Source: Felis catus
Taxonomy: Eukaryota
Direction of reading: 5' to 3'
Assembly (NCBI RefSeq): GCF_018350175.1
Contig: NC_058372.1
Span: 3,720,001 to 3,784,000 of the forward strand
Length of the DNA: 64,000 nt
The position numbers were made by a program, and so were the translations under genes. Shown piece after piece: positions 12,561-24,644 of this stretch (the first letter of the stretch is position 1; the number at the start of each line of letters is the position of its first letter). The notes under the pieces are model-generated. The model was not told where the DNA came from and ran no database searches. It saw nothing but the letters and a program-made list of their open reading frames with translations.

Positions 12561-13095
12561 GTAACAGAAAAGAATGTCTTTCAAGAACAAACATTAAGCA
12601 ATAAACAAGATGAATAAGCAAGTTATGATTATAAGGGAACAGGAAGGGCAGTTTAAAAAAAAATCTCTTCTATGCCCTTCATCCCAAATGGTACTCAGGA
12701 TAGCTGGGTTATACAGGTTTAAGTGAAATTACAGGAATTGATAATCCCTACTTTACAAAAGCTGTTTCAGTAGAAAAATAGATCTCTCTTATGTGTTTTC
12801 TTTTGAAAGTCTATAATCTATTATGAAAACTGAACAGGAACAATTCAAAAAGAGAGAAAATTATGGCTTTGTCTTACTTGTGAACACTTACTTTAAGAAA
12901 AGCTCTATTTAAAAAGCAAGAAAATGGAAACGAAGAAGCCATGTTATTTAACAAATAATAGCATTTTGTGCAGGATTTATTCCAAGAACAGAAGTTGAAC
13001 ATCCTAAATCTGCCAGTGTGAGATATTACTAGTGTTAAAACTGTATGGTCATCTCTACAGACACTGAGAAAATATTTGCTAGGATATAACACTGG

Positions 13096-13300
13096 TTTTT
13101 TTTTTTTTTTTTTTTTTTTTAGTTTATTTTGAGACAGAGACAGCACGAAGTGGGGGAGGGTCAGAAAGCGGGGTGAGGGTGGGGGAATCCAAGCAGGTGC
13201 ACCGAGCCCGATGTGGGGCTCAAGCTCATGAAGCTGTGGGCTCATGACCTGAGCCGAACCCGAGTCGGATGCTTAACCGACTGAGCCACCCAGGCGCCCC
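13096..13300 (-). mobile_element. SINEC_Fc-type SINE
   Basis: Long T run and ...gcttaaccgactgagccacccaggcgcccc. Confidence 0.92.
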
Positions 13301-13914
13301 AACATTCTTTCATCATAAACATTTTCAGCAAACTAGAACAAGAGGGAGTAGCTACTTATTTTATAAAGAGTAGCTACAGTGAGCATGACATATAACGGTA
13401 CACTTTTAGAAGAATTTCTAGGAAGTAAAAAGAAAAAAACCAAAAAACAGACAAGAGCTCGGTGACACGATTCCCATTCAACATGGTGCTAAAGGCCTGG
13501 CCAGCACTGTGAGACCAGGGGAGGACGAATAAGTATAGATAAAAATTCAGTAAGAAAAAGCTCTTATCTTTATTGTTCGAAAATGATGTCATTTAAGAAA
13601 TCTGCGAGACTCTACAAACAGATCTGAGAGAGCTCAACAGGGTTAGTGGACACGTGATCGGCACACAAAATTCATGACCTTTGTATACATTAGCAATGCC
13701 TCGGCTGGAACTGAAATTAATAACCAGACGTTATTCACAACAGTACTTTAGATTCTAAGGATTCTAAGTCCAAGAAAAAAAAATTCGAATCTATATGAAT
13801 AAACTATAAAATGTCATCGAAGGATGTAAAACAAGATTGACTTTAAAGAGTTAGACCTACACTTCACTGTGTTTGTTTTGTGATGACACCATGCTAAAAT
13901 GTTCATAAATTCCA

Positions 13915-14128
13915 GGGGCGCCTGGGTGGCTCAGTCGGTTAAGCATCCGACTTCAGGTCACGATCTCACGGTCTGTGAGTTCGAGCCCCGCGTCTGGCTC
14001 TGGGCTGATGGCTCAGAGCCTGGAGCCTGCTTCTGATTCTGTGTCTCCCTCTCTCTCTCTGCCCCTCCCCCATTCATGCTCTGTCTCTGTCCCAAAAATA
14101 AGTAAACGTTAAAAAAAAAATTGCTTTT
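13915..14128 (+). mobile_element. SINEC_Fc with 18-bp TSD
   Basis: ggggcgcctgggtggctcagtcggttaag...; TSD aaatgttcataaattcca at 13897-13914 and 14129-14146. Confidence 0.96.
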
Positions 14129-14539
14129 AAATGTTCATAAATTCCAGAATAAACTAAAAATTTAATGTTATGCCACAAAACGTCGCTGGATTTTTGGTAA
14201 CATTGTAAAACACACGTTCATGAACTAAAACATTGAAGATGATTCTAAGAAAGAAAGGAAGAGAAAAGGAAAAATAGAGAATGATGGGTCTTGATTTAGG
14301 GCATGCACTTTAAGAAGGGCTAGGGTTATCTTTGGGATATAGCTTTGATCTGTTAAAAGGATTTTAATGCTTGTCCAAGCTTTTATAAGTCAAGTTGAGA
14401 AGAAGGCTCAGAGGAGCCTGGCTAGAATTTGGTGTAAATTTTACCTGTTGTTTTACCTGTTGTTACTCGAATTAACTCGAATTAACCTGTTGTTACTCTT
14501 GGCATATGGTTGCCAAGAGATGATGTCTTTACTCTAGGG

Positions 14540-14745
14540 GGTAAGAGCAGGGACCCTGGACCTAAACTGCCTGGGTTAGAATAAGAATCCCCTCTGCCAT
14601 TTACTAATGGTAGGACATTGGGTAAAAATAATTTTAAGCTTAAGGTGACTCAATATATATGGGGGTAATTAGAATAACAATAGTTCACGTGTGTATTATG
14701 AGGAACACCTGAGTTAACATCTGGAAAGTACTCAGAAATGTATCT
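14540..14745 (+). mobile_element. MIR
   Basis: ggtaagagcagggaccctggacctaaactgcctgggtt...tattatgagg...gagttaacatctggaaagtactcag. Confidence 0.65.
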
Positions 14746-14807
14746 GGGTGTTTGAAAAAAAAAAAATTAAATAAACAAAGATAGATGAGAAGGATTGTGT
14801 GCTATCT

Positions 14808-15068
14808 GCTCGCAGTTTCACTGGTTTTTGTGGGCCCTAGGGACTTTTGCCTTCCTGGGCCTCTCCCTCCATTAAAATAATAAAATTAATAATGTTATTA
14901 AAATTACACAAACGTAAATATATTAACATTACATACTAGAGCCTTTTGGTCAACTTCACAGTTAATATTTATCTTCTGATTTCAGAGAAAATGACAAAAT
15001 TTTCATGAGTCATTGAAAGTACTGTGGGGCCTGGGCTCTGCCGACCGTGCCTAAAGGATTTAGACCTG
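14808..15068. mobile_element. hAT-type MER DNA transposon (MER96B-like)
   Basis: gtgggccctagggacttttgcc...gaaagtactgtggggcctgggctctgccgaccgtgcctaaaggattagacctg; subfamily from memory. Confidence 0.5.
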
Positions 15069-15189
15069 CGTGCACACGAATATGAAATTAAAAAGCATGG
15101 TTATCCGAGTAGGAAATAAAATTACCCACATACACAGACATAGGCACACGCAGTGCTCACACGAAATCCCCTACAATTACGAGGACGGT

Positions 15190-15780
15190 AAACGGGCTGT
15201 GCAAGCCGGGCGTCCTGCGCGGCCACTGCGAGGGTCTCCTCGGCCACTGGGCAGCGAGGCCGGGCCAGCTCGGAAACCGCCGGAGAGGAGGCCGACCAGG
15301 GAAGCTGCTGCCCCGCGGCTCGGTCCGCGCACCGCTCGGTTCCGCGCTCTCATCTGCGGACGGCCCGCTGGATTGTTGCGAACGTCCAGCGGCCGCGAGG
15401 CGAGGCCGGATCGCCACGGTTTGCGCAGCAGAAAGGGACGAAACGGGAAACAGCCTGCCGGCGGCGACGCCACCAACCGAGAAAACGAACGACCCCACCG
15501 CGGAGCCCGAAAAACGAAACGTGGCGCAGGCGCAACGTGAGGCTCGCTGGGGGCGGGACGCGTGCCGCGGAAACGGCCCAATCAGGGGGCGTCATGGACG
15601 GGCGTTGCAGGAAGGCCCACTGAGGGAACCAGCGTGGGGGGCGCGGCAGGACAGACCAATGAGAAAGCCGGCGTGTGGGGGCGTCGCAGGACGGGCCAAT
15701 GAGAGAGCCGCCGTGGGGGCGTGGCTATGAGACTGGCTGTGCGGAGGCGGGGCCTGCCGGGCCACAGGGTCATTTCCATG
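15190..15780. promoter_or_regulatory. CpG island promoter with no adjacent recognisable CDS; NRF1, GC boxes and repeated CCAAT
   Basis: Very high CpG density; GCGCAGGCGCA at 15524-15534; CCAAT at 15578, 15656 and 15696 (CCACT at 15617), each preceded by GGGCG. Confidence 0.85.
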
Positions 15781-15934
15781 CCTGTGTGGACGTGGAGGAT
15801 GCAGGACCGTCGCTGCGAATTTTTAGGACTTTCCAGTTCCAGTTTAGACCTGAATGTGACGGGTTTGTGTTGCTGTTTGGCATTCGTAATTCAAGAAAAT
15901 CCTTTCTTCTGGTTGAAAGCACGGTGTGATTCCC

Positions 15935-16105
15935 TGGCCTTCCTGCATCAGCATCACCTGGATAATACAACCGGCAAATAACCGGATCCTGCTACAGATC
16001 TGGTGAATCAGAAGCTGGGGGGGAGGGGGGGGAGGGCAGTAATCTATGTTTTAAAAATGTTCCAGGTAGTTTTGGTACACGCTGAATTTTGAGACTGCTT
16101 CGAAG
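15935..16105. mobile_element. MER5A/B
   Basis: cctgcatcagcatcacctgg...gaatcagaagctgggg...aatctatgttttaaaaatgttccaggtagttttgg. Confidence 0.65.
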
Positions 16106-16319
16106 TATTGTGTTTCCCTTAATTCAGGTGCTGGAAGTGACACCTCAAATGTCAGCTGAGCTAACCCAAGCTGCTTACCTTCAAGATCGTTACCAGAGCC
16201 AAAACAGTGCTCAGGCTTTTCCCGCTCAGACTTCGATGCCAGAAGATAAAGTGAAAAATAAATGTGTGTCTAAAAAGGAGAGATCTCGGGGAATGATTTG
16301 GGTCAACAAGGAATGTGGA

Positions 16320-16706
16320 ATTCCATTTCTCCACAAATTTTATTGGTCCTAACATCTCATTTACAGACTTTTTGCCCTCCTCATTTAGACTTCTCCAGCA
16401 AACATAGTCCATGGTAAATAATGATTCTCTGTAGGCCTGTAACAGCAGTAAATTCTATTTTCATAATTAAAACAACAAATAAAACAAAAATGCTAGAACA
16501 CTGTTTAGTTTCTTCTTCTTCGCTAAGGCTCTCCTTCTAATGAATCCGTGAACACCAAACCAGGATGGGTTAAATTCGGGCAGAATATTCATACTAATCA
16601 ATCCTTCTCAGGCAGATCACTTTTCATACTTCATAATTCTATGGCTGATTCACTTTTCAGTTACTGTTTGCATTCATTTCTTCTCTGCATTCATATCTCT
16701 CCCCAA
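16320..16706 (-). other. Candidate non-coding terminal exon (spliced, polyadenylated H2BC5 isoform)
   Basis: Minus strand branch CTAAC (16728-16732), pyrimidine tract, CAG acceptor (AG at 16708-16707), and AATAAA at 16339-16344. Confidence 0.5.
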
Positions 16707-17064
16707 CTGAAGAAATAAAAAGGGTTTGTTAGGTGCCATTTTGCCATCAGCCTTACTATTTGATGCACAAGAAAGATGTTTTTTTGTTTTGTTTTGTTCT
16801 GTTTTTTACATGTACTTGTATAATGAATCTCTGCTCCAATATTACCTACACTTTAGTCATTTTTAGCATGAACACATAATGACTCAAACCAGTAAAGAGA
16901 AACCTGGACAATAAGATCTTTGTTCCAAATCCTCCAGTTATCCTTCCACAGGTGGAATTCAAGCAGTTCAAAGGCTTGCATTTTCTTCTTTTAGTTTCTG
17001 ACCTGAAGAGAATTGGCCCCTCTGATTTCATTTTAATTCAATGACTAAAGAAATCTAATACTTG

Positions 17065-17210
17065 TTAACATTGGCTAAGCACTTACAAAATTATTTCAAG
17101 ATTGATTTAAGAGCTTTGCATGAATTATCTTACTTAATCCTTAAAATAGCTCTAAGAAGTAGTATACTATTATTTTTGTTGTGTAGATGTGGAAAGTGAG
17201 ACTCAGGAAT
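17065..17210 (-). mobile_element. MIR
   Basis: taacattggctaagcacttac...ttacttaatcct...tgtagatgtggaaagtgagactcagg. Confidence 0.7.
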
Positions 17211-18379
17211 GCTGTCTCTCATTCTTTTGAGCCATTGCAACAACTCACCTCTGGCCCCTGTCCCTGTTGTTATATGTGTACTTTAACTCGTTATGATTGC
17301 TGTAAATCCTAATTGAGAGCCTACTGTGTGTCTGGAACAGCCTTAGGCATTGGGGAGTCAGCAGCAAAAAGAACTAACTCTGCCCAATGGACCTTAGAGC
17401 CTGGAGAATGGGAAGAGGAAACCAACAATATGCAAATTCATGTCAGTTATGCTAAGGGTAATGAAGAAGAATGAACAGAACAAGTTAAGAGCTGGATTGA
17501 AGGGCACCATGTGCATTTGCTGGTCAGAGAGTGTCTCCCAGATGTGGTAACATTGTAACCATCCACTCACCCCCAAACCCAAGAAATGTGGGGCATATTT
17601 GAGGTATGTAAAATGTGCTATTCCCAGCTGAAGTGTCAAACCCATAACAAGGTCTAGCTCTTCATCTCCCTCTTTTCCCTCTCTGCTTTCTCCTACTATC
17701 TTCCTCTGTGCCTTCCCCTTGGTCTTCAGGCTCTGGCGCTCCCTTTCGCAGTAGCCATTTGCTTCTTCCATTCTTTTTCTCAGTCCCTCTCACCTTCCTT
17801 CTTCTCCCTATTCCTAAAAAATAGCCACCATTTGGCTGTGATACTTTTATTGTTTTGTATTTATGAAATGCAGCTTAACATTCACGGTTAAACTTTTAGA
17901 CAAAATTCGAAAACGTTAGTCCTTCACTTTTCTACAATTCCTGTTCCCTTTCCACGGTAGCAATTTCATGGTTGGTGAAAGGAAAGGTCAGTCAAGTGCC
18001 GCTGTCCATGTAAAGCAAAGGGAGCGTTTCCTTCTATGTAGCGCTGTGTGCCCACGCCACCAAAATGAAGGTTAAGAACTCTGAACTTTCCCCAGCGTGA
18101 TCGCCACCTCTCCTAAGTCTTCTTTGCTGCCGCCAAGGTGTGGAGGGCAGTGGGAGTATAAGTCAAGGAGGAGACTGCTGAAGTTGTTCATCTGAATAAA
18201 ATACAAAAACATTATCTTCAATTAGAAATCTCCTTATAACTTTTGGGTCCACAGTTGATCTAAATAAACCCAAACCATTGACAGAACCATCAAAAAAGAA
18301 AATAGTTGGAAAATTCAAGTTATGGTCAATCATAGCCATCTAATCAAAACGGTAAATCTATGGTTTTTCTTATGACGAT

Positions 18380-18968
18380 GTGTATGGTGAAGAACCAATT
18401 TTATCCAAAGAGACATGTGGCCTTTGCCCTTTGCTGGGAGGGGATCTCTAGGCTCATGGAATGTCCTGCATGATAAGATGATCTTTGTTTACCTAGAAGC
18501 CCTGGGCTGCACAGGATAGGGTAATAATGTCACTTATGTTGGGGGCTTTGGGTCATGTGGCATGTGGACTACCTCCAGAGGGCCTGCTGACTAAAGTTCA
18601 GCCACGTGGACAGTTAACCATGTTCATATGACAAATCCCCTAGGTTGGCAATGTCTGTGTGTTGTGCCAATATTGTTGTGCGGCAGGGAGACATAAACCC
18701 TCCCCCGGCCTCCACTGGGAAAGGACCTACCAGAAGCTCTGAGTTGGGAAGCCTGTGCTCCATGCGCCTTTCACCTTGGCTTATGTGTAATCTGTATCCT
18801 TTTGATGTAATAAATAACCCCCAACCTTGGGTGTAACAACTTTTAGTGGATTCTGTGGTATAATTCTAGTGAATGATCAAATCCAAGGATGGTTTTGGAG
18901 ACCCTTCATCTTTGCACTTGGTGTCAGACGTGAGGGGACGCTTATTGGAGTGAACCTGAACTTTGCAC
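18380..18968 (+). mobile_element. MER21C-like ERVL LTR
   Basis: Typical MER21 end: ...ctagtgaatgatcaaatccaaggatggttttggagaccc...cacttggtgtcagacgtgagggg...gaactttgca. Confidence 0.7.
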
Positions 18969-19417
18969 TGTGTCACAATGATATTAGTATTACTAGATTC
19001 TGTTTAGTACTCAAATATTGGGATGAACATTTTGTCTTAAGGAGCTTTGTAGTTTCCATGGGAGCCCAAGTCTATTCCCCTGCCAGTGGATTTCCAAAGA
19101 GTGGTAAACACTTTTTTTAGGTCTTAGTGAGTGATAACAATAAAAAAAAAAAAAAAAAATTGAAGATGTAGCTATAAGTTTCACTGATGGTCTACTAAGC
19201 TGAGAGCTCCAGAAGGTCAAGGACACCCTCACCTCTTTTTGTATTTCCAGTGCCCATGCCTGTGTCTGACTCAAAGATGTTCAATTGACTATCTCTTGAA
19301 TGAGCTGATTTGTAATAATACTCTGAACTGTCGCCATGCTACAATCTAGTAAGAATTTTGACACATGTCATGGATCTCCTTATAAGCCTTCATGACTAAA
19401 TTAATCTCTTTAGTTTC

Positions 19418-19610
19418 TTTTTTTGGGGGGGGGGGGGGACAGAGAGAGACAGAGCATGAACGGGGGAGGGGCAGAGAGAGAGAGACACAGAATCGGAAAC
19501 AGGCTCCAAGCCATCAGCCCAGAGCCTGACACGGGGCTCAAACTCACAGACCGCGAGATCGTGACCTGACTGAAGTCGGACGCTTAACCGACTGCGCCAC
19601 CCAGGCGCCC
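19418..19610 (-). mobile_element. SINEC_Fc with TSD tctttagtttctt and an internal poly(G) run
   Basis: Near-consensus body, flanking direct repeat. Confidence 0.93.
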
Positions 19611-20364
19611 GGTCTTTAGTTTCTTCTTGTATGTCTTTCTTCTACCTCTTAATCTGTTACCTTACACTTGAAACATTGTAGTTTACTTTTAAGGATGACT
19701 CAATCATCAGTTCAAATTCCACCTCTCAAATCAACTAATTGAGCTTTTACTTCTTGTCCCACTTTAAATTTTATTAATTTTTATTTTTTATGTCATTGAT
19801 TTTTATATCATTAATTTGTTATATTTGCATAGGCCAAAGTATTTTTCAGATTTTACCTTCCCCCCCCCCCCCCCCCCCAAGGAGTTAGAAGTTTATTGAA
19901 TACACTGAAAGGGAGTGATAGGACAGCAGAGAAGAGGCTAGCTCTCTGCTTGGGGTTTTATCTTTTTATTGCATTTGTTTTCCCTTTTAATTTCCCTTTT
20001 CCAAACCTACTAGTTTTGTTGGATATTCCTACAACCATCATGAAGCAGAGATATGTTGTACAGGTGGCTGTTTACGATTTCTCTGTTGAATTCATTCAAT
20101 TCATTCAACATTTTCTCTATATACCGGCAACGTGCTGGTTTATTTGACTACAGAGACAACTGTTCGGTCCTTACAATCTCAGGGAGAAGTCCATCAGGAC
20201 ATCATGAGGAGTTTCATTGGCTTTTGTCTTTGTGGATTGTGGTCAATTTTAGTCTAACTCCTGGAATTCTTAACGACCTAAAGGAATTAGGTCTAGATGA
20301 TTTCTGACTACTCCTTAAATAACAAATATTTTTTATAATCGAGTAATTAAAGCATTAAAAAATG

Positions 20365-20905
20365 ATGTGAAAATTTCACAATATGTTCACATCCTTACCT
20401 GGAAAGGTGAGCTGGAACCCAGTTCCCCTTCGAATTACATGCCACATTTAAAGTGACTTGCTCCTAATTAATAGAAAGTGGCAGAAGTGACAGCATGTGA
20501 CATTCAAAACTAGGTCACAGAGACTTCAAGGGTATGTTCTCTGCCTGACTTCTCTTTCTGCAAGAGAAATGCTACCACATTTTGAAGAGATTTACCCTCC
20601 TGAGGGTTCCTGGCAGGGAACTGAGGTGTTACTGTGGTTCTCCTGCCAACAGCCAACAGGAACTCGTGCAGGAGGGCAGCCAGCCAACTCTGGTAAGAAA
20701 TAAGGAATCTTCCAGCTGTGGTCAAGCCCTCAGGGGACTGCAGCCTGTGTGTACATCTCAACTTCAGCCCCACCAGGGACCCTGGGCAGAACCACCCAGC
20801 TAAGTCACTTGTGGATTCCTGATCCCCAGAAACAAATTGAGGGAAGAAATGTTCATGGATTGAGCTGTTGAGTTTTGGGTAGTTTGTTACACAGCAGTAG
20901 ATAAT
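20365..20905 (+). mobile_element. MLT1F-type MaLR LTR
   Basis: gtgacttgctcctaattaatagaaagtggcagaagtgacagcatgtgac...gagttttgggtagtttgttacacagcagtagataa. Confidence 0.8.
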
Positions 20906-21229
20906 AGAGGAGAGTTACCATAATCTTAATGACAAAATCTGATATGGCTAAACCCAAAAGAGAGTGTGACTCGAGTAGGGGGAAAAAAAAAACACTCTAA
21001 AATATTAAAATGTATGCAGCTGATATTTAAGATAATAATATAACATGACCATGTAAGATTTGGGCTGGGGATGCAAGTATAGATTAACATTAGGAAATCT
21101 ACATATATTCACTGTGGCAGGATAAAGGAGAAAAAGAACATGAGCTCATCAAATGGCAAAAATTCATATATCATTCCTAAAAAAAAGACTTAAAATAAAT
21201 TTAGAAGTAAACTAAGCAACACATACAGA

Positions 21230-21252
21230 TTACACACACACACACAGACACA

Positions 21253-21292
<40 letters not shown>

Positions 21293-21300
21293 TGCACACG
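21230..21300. repeat. (CA)n microsatellite
   Basis: Direct reading. Confidence 0.95.
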
Positions 21301-22081
21301 TGAACAATGAGCAGGGAAACAAATTTTTATAAGTTATGAGCTACCAAAGCCACTTTGATGAAAAAGAGGAAAAAGACCACGATGACTGAGAGCATACCTA
21401 TATGGCATCCAGTTTGATTTTACCTGATACAATAATATGATAATGTAATTGACATAAATAGTTATTGGAAAGAATATTAATTTTTTAAATTTCCTAATTA
21501 TAGTATTATATGCACTGAAAAGCAAGACAGTCCATTAAATATCGATTAGAATTACAAAGTTTAGTAATCAGATAGGTATAGAGTGCATGTAAATAACTTC
21601 TCAATTATCCTCCCCTCCCCCCCAAGTATTTATAACAGTATTTCAGTCTGATGGCACCTGTCAGAACAGGTCGAAGACACAACCTTGTTGTAATCAGCTT
21701 TCTATCTCTTGTGAGAGTTTATGGGGCTTAGGTCACAGTGTGATGCAGTGACCCCCCCTTTTTTATATCAGTTTTCACTCTATTTTATTTATTTTTAATT
21801 ACACGAGTAATCCATTAACTCTAAAACACCCTCAGCCATGATCTTTGAAAGCTCACATCAGCATCATTCTCTCTGATGGTTCCTTCTGGTACCAAGATTA
21901 GATGTATTTCAGACAATTTTGCTACTAATTCCAGATCTCTTCAATTCACTTTTACTTTTCTCTCTCTGGATTTTGGATAATTAAGACCTGCTTACAGAGT
22001 TCATGAAAATTCTTCAGCTGGGTCCAATTGGCTATTTAGCCTATCAAGCAAGCTTTTTAAATGTTAATTTTCTTATAATTA

Positions 22082-22083
<2 letters not shown>

Positions 22084-22120
<37 letters not shown>
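22084..22120. repeat. (TG)n microsatellite
   Basis: Direct reading. Confidence 0.95.
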
Positions 22121-22122
<2 letters not shown>

Positions 22123-22234
22123 CTGGAATTTGTATTTGGTTCTTTTTTTCAAATCTTTGTGGTCATTCTTTGCATTCTCTTAGGCTCTCAGCATATTTCA
22201 AATAGTCCTTTTTCCCCCCTTTGTAAATAATAAA

Positions 22235-22249
22235 TAATTTACTTATTTT

Positions 22250-22287
<38 letters not shown>

Positions 22288-22405
22288 CTCAAGCTAGCTC
22301 CACATTCAGCCAGATGGGACTTGATCTCACCAACCCTGGGATCCTGACCTGAGCCCAAATCAAGAGTTGTGTGCTCAACCAACTGAGCCACCCACCCAAG
22401 TGTCT
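22235..22405 (-). mobile_element. Can-SINE (older)
   Basis: tttacttattttgag(ag)n aacctcaagc...ctcaaccaactgagccaccc. Confidence 0.85.
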
Positions 22406-23910
22406 CCCCCTTTTTCTTTTAAAAGTTATTAAAGTGAGCCACTTGAAATCTGTATCTGTCAATTTCCTTTTACTCTGTTTATTTCCCTGCTCTTATTCTG
22501 GGTCACAGTGTCTTGTTGAATAATGTGCTAATGTCCTGTACGAAGCCTCTCGTTCCTTTCCTTCCAGGTGTCCTATGCGGGGATTTGTTGAGGCCCACAA
22601 CGAAGCTCATTCCCCCAGAGAGGATTTGCCTTTGCATTATCCAGGTGCTCAGGGGCACAAAGCCAGCTTGGGCTTAATCCCTAAATTAATTCTCAACCTG
22701 GGTGTTTGAATCCCTGTGATACTGACGCCAGAAACCAATGGCTAGTAGTCCAGATTGCCGGTGGCAGAATCTACCTGGCTCAGCACCAAGGCTCGGGGCA
22801 CCCTCTTCCTTGCCATCGTCCGTGGCGAGTGTGGGTCTGTGTGCATGTGTGTGTGTCTGTGTGTGTGCCCGTTTCTAGCTCACCTTCTACCCTGAGGATG
22901 TGACCCGGCAGGTGCGTCAGCGTCACCAGGAAAGATTTCTCATCAGGTTTCTTGGCGAATAATAAAGAAAGTCTACATTTTCCTCGCTCCCCAGCAGCTG
23001 AAACCCTTCAGGCCAGCGAAGCTTGTGCAACAGAAACCGCTGCCTGCCCGAAAGGCTTTCCTTCCCTTCCAACCTCCACTCCGGCCTCACCTCAAGGGCA
23101 CGCCAGGGAAGCGGCCAGGGTGCTGAGAAGGGGGCCTCGGTCCCGGGGGGATCCATCGCCTCATCACAGTCACACACCTGATGGGACTGCGTAGTGGGCC
23201 TGTGTCTCGTGGCCCAGAGGACTTTACAGCTGAATGCTTCCCAGAGACTGTAAGCGAAATAGGACTTCCTAGGACAGAGGCGACAGTAACTGACAGGACT
23301 GGAAGGCCTCTCAGAGCCCGGACACGTTCCCTTCCGGTCCCGCTGCGACTTTTGGATACAGTATAGACTCTGCCACCCTTCTCCCCCAGAGAGGCCCCCT
23401 CCCTGGCCGGCTGCTCAGAGCAAGCAGATATGGGAGCAGCTGCAAGGCCGGCCGACCAGAAAAGCCCACGTACATTTACCGGACGCTCCCACGGCCTTCG
23501 GCTGTTTTCAGTATCACCTCCATACATTAAAAAGGAAAAGAAAAAAAAAGGTGAGGAGAACAAAGTTTTCAGAGCAGGCTCCTTTGTGCTCTGGGTAAGC
23601 TCCTTATCAACTGCCTCAACAACGTGACGATCAATTTGGAGCCCGGCCCACGGAACCAGGAGTTGTACACTTGCAATGGCGTTCCATTTAAAATTAAGGT
23701 CTAGTTTGGTGAAACCGAAGGAATAATGGATGTAGAGGATCGTTGTTTATGGTGAGCACGCAATTTATACTGTAGGTGTTACTTGCAGAGTAACTTGAAA
23801 ATACTTTCTACTCAGCCCTAACCAAAAATTGAGTCGTGCTAGGATTACCAGATCCCCGAAAACAGCTTCCGTAATGAAAGGGTTACACCTCATTTGTTGA
23901 AAACATGCAT

Positions 23911-23926
23911 GGCTCTGAAAAGAGCC
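23911..23926 (-). terminator. Histone stem-loop (H2BC5); atypical HDE AAATGAGGTGT at about 23885-23895
   Basis: Minus strand CCCCAAA-GGCTCTTTTCAGAGCC-ATGCA. Confidence 0.96.
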
Positions 23927-23962
23927 TTTGGGGTTGGGTAAGGGGGCGCTNNNNNNNNNNNN

Positions 23963-24343
23963 NNNNNNNNNNNNNNNNNNNNNNNNNNNNNNNNNNNNNN
24001 NNNNNNNNNNNNNNNNNNNNNNNNNNNNNNNNNNNNNNNNNNNNNNNNNNNNNNNNNNNNNNNNNNNNNNNNNNNNNNNNNNNNNNNNNNNNNNNNNNNN
24101 NNNNNNNNNNNNNNNNNNNNNNNNNNNNNNNNNNNNNNNNNNNNNNNNNNNNNNNNNNNNNNNNNNNNNNNNNNNNNNNNNNNNNNNNNNNNNNNNNNNN
24201 NNNNNNNNNNNNNNNNNNNNNNNNNNNNNNNNNNNNNNNNNNNNNNNNNNNNNNNNNNNNNNNNNNNNNNNNNNNNNNNNNNNNNNNNNNNNNNNNNNNN
24301 NNNNNNNNNNCGGGGCCGGGGCGGATTTGGTGGGTTCAGGCAT
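23963..24343 (-). CDS. H2BC5: Histone H2B type 1-D (mostly N-masked; end inferred)
   Basis: Visible N-terminus MPEPTKSAPAP (Thr at position 5 is characteristic of H2BC5/HIST1H2BD as I recall it), position next to H1-4, stem-loop at the expected distance. Confidence 0.88.
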
Positions 24344-24410
24344 TGCGGCGTGAAGTTAATACGCTATAACTAAGAGCCGGGAAAATAACTGGCGGCACCA
24401 AAGCCACGTT

Positions 24411-24597
24411 TATTTATAGATGCGGTATTCAAATAAGGTTAGTAAGATTTCGTCCGCGATTGGATTAATTTTAGTGTGTCGTCACAAATGCGGATGTAAA
24501 AGATACTTGCAGGTCTAGCTTTTCATTGGCTGCTTCCTTACTTTGCTTCTAGCCAATCAGAAGGCTTAGAGTAGGCTGCCTAAAGCTACTATAAATA
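24411..24597. promoter_or_regulatory. Bidirectional H2B/H2A-type promoter
   Basis: Minus TATAAATA 24411-24418; octamer variant ATTTGAAT 24427-24434; CCAAT at 24459 and 24525 (minus) and 24553 (plus); plus TATAAATA 24590-24597. Confidence 0.85.
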
Positions 24598-24644
24598 AGC
24601 CTGTTAAAGAACTTGCGCCGTAGATTTCAGTCACTGAAACTTTT

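Larger units (their letters stand above)
9500..13900 (+). mobile_element. Old, fragmented L1 ORF2 (L1M-type) interrupted by a younger L1, SINEs and a GAAA repeat
   Basis: Collinear decayed ORF2 motifs at about 9540, 9790, 11740-11960, 12230-12310, 12670-13090 and 13470-13800. Confidence 0.65.

Noticed and set aside
13915-14000. tRNA-like A/B boxes in SINE heads
   Set aside because: These are the tRNA-derived heads of Can-SINEs, not tRNA genes; no cloverleaf found in the window
15070-15981. Several 65-156 aa ORFs on both strands
   Set aside because: Expected stop-codon depletion in a CpG island; Arg/Pro/Gly-rich with no recognisable domain
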